Shown in pieces: positions 54,885 to 64,000 of a DNA stretch of 64,000 nt (the stretch's first letter is position 1; every line of letters begins with the position of its first letter). Under the pieces are notes generated by a model. It made no database searches and had not been told where the DNA came from. It worked only from the letters and a program-made list of their open reading frames with translations. The position numbers and the translations under genes were made by a program. The DNA comes from Eledone cirrhosa (lineage: Eukaryota). The stretch spans positions 247,690,001 through 247,754,000 of the forward strand of contig OZ024740.1 in the NCBI GenBank assembly GCA_964016885.1, read 5' to 3'.

Positions 54885-55925
54885 TAGTAACACAACAGTT
54901 AGTTCACCATACCGAGAACAATTGTTTCACCTTATGCGGATCTTCGTTTCGGACTGGTCATGGTTATACGGAACAGGAAGAACAACCTATGAATGCGCAT
55001 ACGCAGAAACGGTCACTTCACCCAAGCGACACAAAACCATGGGCGAAAGGTGTATGGGAGATTACTACGAACGTCCGGAATAAAAAGTTCGAGTTGATTA
55101 GATAATTATAATGTTGTTATTCAATCCGGAGCTTTGTAATTATGCAAGAGGTGTTTCCAGACATGTGGACAACGTGAGAAGATTTCATTTCTTGAATTTA
55201 GGCAATCGCTATTGCGTAATCTCCTTAAAATATTTATCCTTTCTTCAATACACAGTTCACAAGACGGATTGCCCCTTGCGTATGGCTTGGACTTAGTGAT
55301 AGCTTTCCATTGAATGGAGTAGTCTATACCTGAGTCTTTGAGGGACCATACGTGGCTCGCGAGCTTCGTGGATGATCGTTTGTCCGGGTACCTAAAGGTC
55401 GACTGATGGTTCAGGAAGCGTTCCTTAAATCTGCCCTCCCTCCGCCATACCCACATAGGAGTTGACCTCCTGTGGTTTTTTTGTTGGTTCGAAGTGACCA
55501 CAACTTCATAAACTACAGTGGGTGTTTTGCATTGCTGTTGAAGGGGTCAAGCATCAGGCTTTCGGCAAGAGCATCCTGGTGGGGTGCTGCTCTTAGGACT
55601 GTTGGTGATGTAGTACCCTAGTTTTACACTATGTCTGCTGAAGATGGAGCGGTATTTGTGACCTATGGGAAAGTGTGTATCTAAGAGGGATAAACAAATT
55701 TTTCCTACACTAGTTTTAACGTTGAGTGAGAAGGGAGGAGAGAACCAGATAGTTAGTCTATTGTTACGATTTCTTTTCTTATTTCTGTTGTTGTTAGTGG
55801 GGGAGTAAGTAATTGGTTGCAAGATGCCGCTGTTAGCTAACGCCGTGTTATAGTAGAGTGCCGCCCTGTCAAAGATAGTCTTGTTAGAGATGTTGGAGAT
55901 TCTAGTACTGATATCTACCACTACG
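54885..55925 (-). mobile_element. PLE 3' remnant (linker and GIY-YIG) with degenerate HHR-like motif at ~54911-54953
   Basis: TIWFSPPFSLNVKTSVGK, IFSRHSVKLGY, CSCR, FKERFLNH, LASHVWSLKD, CELCIEER, LNSRNEIFSRCPH. Confidence 0.85.
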
Positions 55926-55949
55926 GTTATTATCTACCTCTCTCTCTAT

Positions 55950-56072
<123 letters not shown>

Positions 56073-56101
56073 CGCACATATATATACATATATATATATA
56101 T

Positions 56102-56132
<31 letters not shown>

Positions 56133-56916
56133 TACACACACATACATAGTTTCAATTACACGCAGTCGTAGACACAGACACGTGCAACAAATCATGCAAT
56201 CACACATATAAAACACGTACAAAAAACACACACTATTTCAGACGCGCCCATAGAAGCACACTCATACAATGACTAACATTCACACACATACAAATACACA
56301 TAGACAGAAACATACACGTGACAATTTGTTATATTTAGATACAAACATTTGTTGCTAAAAAGAAAAAGAAGCATGAATTTTGATTAGAAAACCAATTGTC
56401 TATTTACATTATTCATGGAAAGATACAATAATTGCAGTCACTGCCTAAAAAGGCTATTACATCAACTTGCCGAACTGTTGGTTTACTATAAAGAAGACTG
56501 ATTCACAAATCGACAACCATACCCAACAGATACAGATGTATTTTAACTTCGACTAAGACAAGTTAATAGACTTTAGATACATATGGCAGATTTTATTCTT
56601 TTTATTTATATTTTAGATGTTTTGTTTTTGTTGATTTATTTTTATTGTTATTTTTTAAACTTTATTTTCTATTATTTTTCGTTTTAGTGTCTTGTTTTTT
56701 AGTCATATAGGCGCAAAATATCAATTCGCGTTTACAGAACTAGAAGAATGGTTAAAAAAATGTGAACATGTTATTTCTGTGGCGGGCCGATGTCGATTCA
56801 ACTGCGTGTCATCTTGTGGACAAGAGTCGTCAACCATAGTATACTCGGTTTGATCATTCTTTGCGACGGACCATCCAAGATATGACAGCTAGCGGATGAG
56901 TAAGTTGTGTGTATGC

Positions 56917-57505
56917 TGGTATTTATTCACCGACCTCGGGAGTATGAATGGCAAATTAGACCTCGGTGGCATTTAAAATTAGAGGGCTGAAATTCGGGCT
57001 GAGCATTTTACCCGACGCTCTAACGACTTTGGCAAATCAACCGCCTTAGCCAGGGCAACAGAACAAACGTTGCATCTGGTTAGTATAGAATCGTCTAAAC
57101 AAATATATTTAGACATGAAAAAGACTAAATCAATAGAATCAAATGAAAAATTATTAAAGATTTATATTTATCGATCAGATCTATTAATCAATAAATATTG
57201 TTTGGAAATCGCAATGATGAAGTATGTGATGGGTGGGGGAAGCTGGCTCAATTAATCTTACCATTATCATTTGAAAGTAGAACAAATATGATTTGTAATT
57301 TAGACACAAAGCCAACTATTTGTGATGAGAGGATATTGATTATATCGACTCCAGCACGCAACTGGTACTTTATTCTATCAAACCCGGAAGGATGAAAGGT
57401 AAAGTTGACCTCGGTGAAATTTGAACTCAGAAAATAAAGGGCCGTAACTAAATGCTGCAAAGCATTTTCATCGACGCTCTAATGATTCTGCTAATCCATC
57501 GCCTT
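56917..57505 (-). mobile_element. Two older, diverged SINE copies (56917-57045 and 57357-57505)
   Basis: ctggtacttta...gatgaaagg.aaagttgacctcgg...atttgaactcag similarity to the SINE consensus. Confidence 0.7.
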
Positions 57506-57824
57506 TACAAATATATTAGCGCTTTATATCCGACGACTCTGCTGAATGAAATCGCTTTATTATGATCAATATTTTGTGATGTATAATCCGAAAAAAGTTG
57601 TGAAGTTTCATGTAATTACGTTGGAGAGAATAACATTATGTTCTTGCCCTAATAATATTTTACAAGAATTCTTACTAACTAGCAGACCACCCAGAAAACT
57701 AGAGAAAGATAAAACACTCATTATAACCAAATGATTAACTGTTAAACATTTTATAAATCTGCAAATCAAATCCATTTATCTAGACATCTATCCATCTATC
57801 CATCCATACATATATACATACACA

Positions 57825-59118
57825 CATACATACATACATGGTGGCTGCCAACTCGTTTTCGAGTACGGCCACTACTTTATATCCATGTAGGAGAACCCCT
57901 AACGATGCGCTGAACGAGTGTGACTTTTTAGTCCAGCCAGCGACTTGAAAACTCTGGTACAAAGACTACACTTGTGACAATTATTGACACAGTGCTCGAC
58001 CCATGGTACCATGTGACGACAAGTGTAGAGAGATCTCCATATATAAAGCAATGCCTGTGCCGTGAAGCTTTTATAGTGAGCAAAGGCACTGCACAAAGCC
58101 AGTCCCACTCTCTTAACCGAGATGATATTTACCAAAAAGAAGAAAAAGTCAACATCATTGGATACCATTAGGGTTGCAGGTGTTATATCAGAGTTTTCCT
58201 TCTCCTAGAATTCTGCCTTGACAAAGGCTAAGGGGTCATCTCTCCCGGTGATTTTGGATGGCCATTGACTTTTAAGAGCTCCTTTGCCCTTTGACAGGTT
58301 TTGTTTTTAGTCCTGCAGGATGTCCAAAGTCACGCTCCTCACCAAGAAACCTTGGTGGGGTTGCCAGTTTAGTCGCCAACGACCCGACCATGAGACAGGC
58401 TGTACTGGGATACATGTTACCAGTAGCACCAACTGGTGACCTGACATACATACATACATGGTGGCTGCCAACTCGTTTTCGAGTACGGCCACTACTTTAT
58501 ATATCCATGTAGGAGAACCCCTAGCGATACGCTGAACGAGTGTGACTTTTTAGTCCCGCCAGCGACTTGAAAACTCTGGTACAAACACTACACTTGTGAC
58601 AATTATTGACACATAGTGCTGGGCCCATGGTACCATGTGAGGTCAAGTGCAGAGAGATCTCCAGATATAAAGCAATACCTGTGCCGTGAAGCTTTTATAG
58701 TGAGCAAAGGCACTGCACAAAACCAGTCCCACTCTCTTAACCAAGATGATATTTACCAAAAAGAAGAACAAGTCAACATCATTGGATACCATCAGAGTTG
58801 CAGGTGTTACATCAGAGTTTTCCTTCTCCTAGAATTCTGCCTTGACAAAGGCTAAGGGGTCATCTCTCCCGGTGATTTTGGATGGCCATTGACTCTTAAG
58901 AGCTCCTTTGCCCTTTGACAGGTTTTGTTTTTAGTCCTGCAGGATGTCCAAAGTCACCCTCCTCACCAAGAAACCTTGGTGGGGTTGCCAGTTTAGTCGC
59001 CAACGACCCGACCATGGGACAGGTTGTACTGGGATACATGTTACCAGTAGCACCATACATACATACATACATACATACATACATACATACATACATACAT
59101 ACATACATACATACATAC
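57825..59118 (-). mobile_element. Two head-to-tail ~620-bp copies of a non-autonomous LINE-derived (probably RTE) element separated by (TATG)n
   Basis: 57835-58430 matches 58455-59053. The - strand ends in a C2H2 finger HKCSLCTRVFKSLAGLKSHTRSAHR*, then a short 3' UTR and (TATG)n. Confidence 0.7.
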
Positions 59119-59140
59119 TAGAGTAATCGACGGACGTATT

Positions 59141-59217
<77 letters not shown>

Positions 59218-59340
59218 TTCCCCCTCATTATCGAGTATGGCCATTGCACGATATACCATTATTAATAATTATTAATTTATTCTATCATGCAATGCCTGTG
59301 CGTGAAGATATGACACATATATCTGTGTACCTCTCCTTAT

Positions 59341-59384
<44 letters not shown>

Positions 59385-59391
<7 letters not shown>

Positions 59392-59600
59392 TAAAATAAC
59401 AGATTAAAGTTTAAGCAAAGAATCGCTGCTTTCACCCTTAACGGGATCTTCTGAAACTAACAAAGTCAATCTGTAAACGCAGAACTGGATATTTTAAAAA
59501 ACGTTGCAACCGGAGGAAGACAGGAAGACGATACTTTGGTTCATGGTGACGTTCGCTGGATTTTAGTCTTCAATTTTAGTCTTCAATTTTATTATTACTA
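59385..59600 (-). mobile_element. Short copy of the 48802-49586 family with HHR-like motif and inverted terminal piece
   Basis: 59387-59558 matches 48883-49056, and 59557-59600 is the reverse complement of ~48802-48834. Confidence 0.8.
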
Positions 59601-59616
59601 TATATATATATATTAT

Positions 59617-59701
<85 letters not shown>

Positions 59702-59705
<4 letters not shown>

Positions 59706-60850
59706 GGGTTCTTAATATTCTCTACCAGATATTTCGTCTTAATTCATTCTCAGCCCCACACTCATCGACACAGTCTCCACCTCCTGCATCAAATCCTCTG
59801 CCTCCTTCACTGTGTTTGTCAACAGAACTATGTCGTCGACAAATTCAGCATCCGATATTTTTTTGGCCTTAACTCTCCTGCTCTGAGCCGGTGTTACAGT
59901 AAAGCCAGAGTCCTGGTGTTTCTCCAGCGCAAGGCGCATACAATAGTCCACTGCGATGATAAAAAGGTAGGGAGCTAATGTACCTCCCTGGAGCACTCCA
60001 GCCAGTATCTCAAAGAACTCTGTCATCCCATCAGGTGTAATGACTTGGGCTTTGGTGTTGGTGTAGAGCAGTGATACTATCTTCTTGGGGATTCCATAAG
60101 TCTGTAAGATCTTCATCAGGCAGTGACGGTCCACAGAATCAAAGGCGTTCCTAAAGTTAATGAAAACCATGACTGCAGGAAGGCACTTTGCTCTAGCTCC
60201 CTCGAATATCCTCCTCAACATGAATATGTGACTGACGGTTGATATTCCCTGTCTGAAGATTACTAATGTAGGCGGCAAGCCGCTAGAATTGGTTGAGGAC
60301 TTCCTGTATTTGGGAGCAAAGATTGGGAATACGGAAGATGATGTGGTCGAGAGGAAGAGCAAAGCCTGGGCGGCGTGCCACAGCTTGAGATCGGTGTGGA
60401 AGTCGGACCTTCGTAAAGACCTGAAAATCTGTCTCTTCGTTTCTGTAGTGGAGTCTGCGCTGCTGTACGGGTCTGAGACTTGGACACTGACCAAGAAACT
60501 CACTCTGATGGTGGATGGGTACTACACGAGAATGCAGAGGATGGCTCTGAACATTAATCAGTATACACTGAGGATGAAGAACTCAGAGCTGTACGGGAAC
60601 CTACCAAAAGTCAGCTCAAAAGTGACACAGAGGAGATTGAGTTTAGCTGGCCATGCTCACCGAAATCCAGAGTTGACATTGCACTCACTGCTCCTGTGGG
60701 GGCCCCTGCATGGACACACTGGAAGAGGAATACAGAGGTTAACATATGTTGATGCCCTAAGGAGACACTGGTCTCTTGGAGACCCAGGACACGGGTGCGA
60801 TAATGAGGGACAGAGACCGCTGGAGAGAACTCGTCCATGGACCTCGGGAA
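59702..60850. mobile_element. 5'-truncated RTE-clade LINE with 5' inversion
   Basis: The - strand at 59702-60250 has RT motifs (FINFRNAFDSV, GVLQGGTLAPYLF, FVDDIVLL, VGLRMN). The + strand at 60253-60850 continues (VEDFLYLG, ESALLYGSETWTL, RRLSLAGH). Confidence 0.88.
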
Positions 60851-60939
60851 TTTTACCCACCCTAGAGATATGGAGGGGATGTTATTTACAGACGAGAGAA
60901 AAAGTACTCCAAACATATTGTAGAATATAATTATTAAAT

Positions 60940-61054
60940 TACTCGGCTGATGCATTTTGCTCTGCTACTCGCAGTTTCTACGCATTCACGTTTCTATAGA
61001 TGACAAATATGTCATCCAACGAAACGTGCATTCACAAACTGTATCAGCCGAGTA
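60940..61054. repeat. ~115-bp MITE-like hairpin
   Basis: Terminal tactcggctgatgca / tgtatcagccgagta and inner cacgtttc / gaaacgtg inverted pairs. Confidence 0.5.
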
Positions 61055-61750
61055 CATTACGATAGTCTTCGTTTACTAAATTCCACTCAGTTACTGGTCA
61101 AGCAGTTGTTACAGTAGAAGATACAAGTTGCCACACGGTGGAATCGAAACTGAAACCACGTTACATAAAGAACTTTTTAACCACATGGCTAAGGCGGGCT
61201 GTGCAGGTTTCTTACCAGAATGTTTGACGTCACTTAGCTGTTTCTACACATTTAGAACGACGGAGGTGGTCCTGTCTTCATGCAATATACACTATTAATA
61301 CTTTTGTTGCGCTTTCTGTTGTTCCTGTCTCCAACTATTTATTGTTATCTCATACATATTTTGCTATATATTTTACTCGTTTTTTACTTAGCTTTCGTGG
61401 GTTTGGCATAAATTTTTTTATTGTTGTTTATTTTTAATTTCTCTTCCAAGTAACTATAATAGTACATCATTTAGAGGGTGCAGGAGCGTGTGATAACAGT
61501 TAAAATGAAAGCTGAATGACTGAATGCCTAATCTGTTTCTCGCTCTCTTCTACCTCTTCACACGTGCATACAGCTATGTGTCTCAATAGCTTTATTATTC
61601 TCATACTATCCCCCTGCTGTCTACCTGCTCTTTGCAGCTGGAAAGCATTCGCTTCTCATTTTTTTTTTATTTTCAATTATTATTTCATCTGAAAATGGAA
61701 ATGAAATCCGACTTTTGTGCAAAGCAAAAATGCCTTGCATTATTATGGAA

Positions 61751-62330
61751 GGGCGGTGAATTGGCAGTATCGGTAGAGGGTCAGACGCCATGCTTTCCAG
61801 CATAGTTACGTCCCTTTACGGTCTGAGTTCAAATCCCGTCGAGGTTAACTTTGCCTTTCATCCTTACCAGGTCGATAAAATAAAGTACCAGTAATGAACT
61901 GGATAATAGCTGGCCTTGTGCCAAAAGTAGAAACAATTATTATAGATTGGTAGTATCGGTAGAGGTTCGGACGCCATGCTTAGCAGCATAGAGTTACGGC
62001 CCTTTACGGTATGAGTTCAAATCCCGCCGAGGTTAACTTTGTCCTTCATCTTTTCGGGGACGATAAAATACACTGGGATAATTGCTGGCCTTGTGCCAAA
62101 ACTAGAAACAATTATTATACAATCACTCAGCTATATCAACCAATTTCGTTGGCAGTATCGGTAGAGGGTCGGACGCCATGCTTTGACGCATAGAGTTACG
62201 GCCCTTGCCATTCTGAGTTCAAATCCCGCTGAGGTTAACTTTGCCTTTCATCCTTACGGGGTCGATAAAATAAAATACCAGTAATGCACTGGGTAATTGC
62301 TGGCCTTGTGCCAAAAAGTAGAAACAATTA
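61751..62330 (+). mobile_element. Three SINE copies in tandem (61751-61940, 61946-62115, 62149-62330)
   Basis: Each matches the SINE consensus. Confidence 0.9.
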
Positions 62331-62649
62331 TATATCTAACAAATGCTCAGACGCCCTTCAAAACCAAAATACTTTAGAAAAACGAGAAATTGTTATTTAG
62401 CGTTCAGAAACCTTCTCCAATTGGTATCAGCGAAGTTTTGTAACAGAGTCATTTGATACTTTTTCAATTAATTCGTTAACTTTTTAACAACCTTTTAACT
62501 ATACGTATATTACTTTACTAGCTTCGTTGAGAAATTGCTGCCATAGAATATGTCTGAGAAAAACTAATATGTATGATAGAGGAGATATCCATCTAAGAAG
62601 TAATTTCTCTCTGGTTCACTTAATGCTAAATGCAGGGGAAGCAAATAAA

Positions 62650-63095
62650 GCTTTTGTACTGTTATAGCTGATATGAAATGGCATGACTTTTCGTTCATGC
62701 AGAAGGATTCTGAGAATTGCAGTTCTGGGAAAAAAGAATTGCGTAGTATGTGAACAAGAAAGTGTGAAGGAAAGAGGAGAGACGTGTTTGGATTGAGAAA
62801 ATATGTAGAGGTTAGTTCAGAATAACTGAGTCCACTGTGGTAGTGATAGAAAAGCTAACAATTATTGTGTGTTGGTGAGTGAACCCTTGTTAATCAGTGC
62901 AATTATCTAGAATATGTGTGTAGGAACAACACCGGTCAATGGTCAGCTCCATGCAAAGCTGGAAAATAAGTCCAGGCTAAATTTGAAATGTATGCCCCAA
63001 GACTAGTAATAGGTCCAGACCAAAATAGAATGTAGATCCCAAAGCTGGAATAGGCCCAGGGCAGATGTGAAAAGTAGGCTCCATTTCATACTACT
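62650..63095 (-). mobile_element. Highly decayed CR1/L2-like LINE 3' fragment
   Basis: The - strand gives remnants such as QTRLSS..H.F and NSFFPRTA, typical of the ORF2 C-terminus; heavily disrupted. Confidence 0.35.
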
Positions 63096-64000
63096 TGTTA
63101 AGTATTTCAGTAATTAAGCTTTGTAGCATTATTATACAGTGTTACGCTAAAACGTCCTGATAATTATGTTAAGAATATTGTATCCGTAGAATATTCAGCC
63201 ACTTGCACGAGTAGGCTGTTCCGTTGGCGGAACAACTAGAACGCTCATCACCAAAACCTACCAAATCCATTTATCTTGAGAGAAATCACCAGAGACCTAT
63301 TATTTCTTAAAATTGCTGAACGGCAGTTAAACAATAATACGGAAAAAATAAATTCCGATTAAGTGTACATGTATGAAGGGGATGCTTCTTTTGCGTCGGT
63401 AAATTATGTATAAAAGAAAAGAATTAGCGTTGAGGGCAGCCAGATAAAATACTGTAACGTATAAGCAACGATAAAGTGAAAATATGATACGCTTCCATGA
63501 CTAGCTAGTATAGCCTTCATTAGTGTATTATCAGTTATTGTTAACATAAACAATGTCTTGACGAAAGCCAGCCAATAACATCTAAATTGGCATCTTAGAA
63601 AAACATCGAAATACGAAACAGTCTAAAGCTAAATTTTAAGTAAATAAAGATTCATTTTTGTAACTTTTACTCCTTCCTACTAATAAATACTGCAATGACA
63701 GTATCAAGAATCTAACGAATTGCAAGGGGAATTGAATATTATATAAAGTACTCTAAAACTTTTCTTTTCAACATTTAGCCTTAAATATACTTTCTTCTTT
63801 TTTTTTTTTTTTTTGCTGTTTAGTCAGGGAGAGAAGAGCAATATTTATTACCCTTTCCGATGAATCCGAAACTGGTTGCAGAGAAGGGGAAACCTGGCCC
63901 GAATACTTGCAACAAAGTAGACTCCGCTGAAGACAAATTTGAACAGTTTTATAAGCATGCTGAACTCGTCAGCATTTGTTTTTTTTTTATATACATATTT

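Noticed and set aside
63823-63966. Possible exon after a poly-T acceptor (SGREEQYLLPFPMNPKLV...)
   Set aside because: No recognisable homology, weak donor, and at the window edge.

Overview
AT-rich animal genomic DNA made almost entirely of microsatellites ((TA)n, (CA)n, (GA)n, (TAA)n, (TATG)n) and transposon remains. The repeat landscape suggests an octopus/cephalopod, which is inference. The only host gene seen is the 5' part of a GH18 chitinase-family gene on the - strand (exon 7603-7867, plus probable small upstream exons). Mobile DNA includes many Penelope-like element (PLE) remnants (RT/GIY-YIG), a decayed L1/Tx1-type LINE, three R4/Dong-type LINEs stacked head-to-tail in (TAA)n, an RTE-type LINE with a 5' inversion, about 12 copies of a tRNA-derived SINE, non-autonomous Helitron-like elements and minisatellites. 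The most striking signal was found by hand and is not in the ORF track: about 20 type I hammerhead ribozyme (HHR) motifs from at least 12 sequence families. They mostly sit next to (TA)n tracts, in fold-back or terminally redundant non-coding units of about 150-1000 bp. Many have non-canonical cores (U3-A8, U4A, U4C) or very long helix II inserts. Most predicted ORFs are microsatellite artefacts. Coordinates were counted by eye and element boundaries are approximate.
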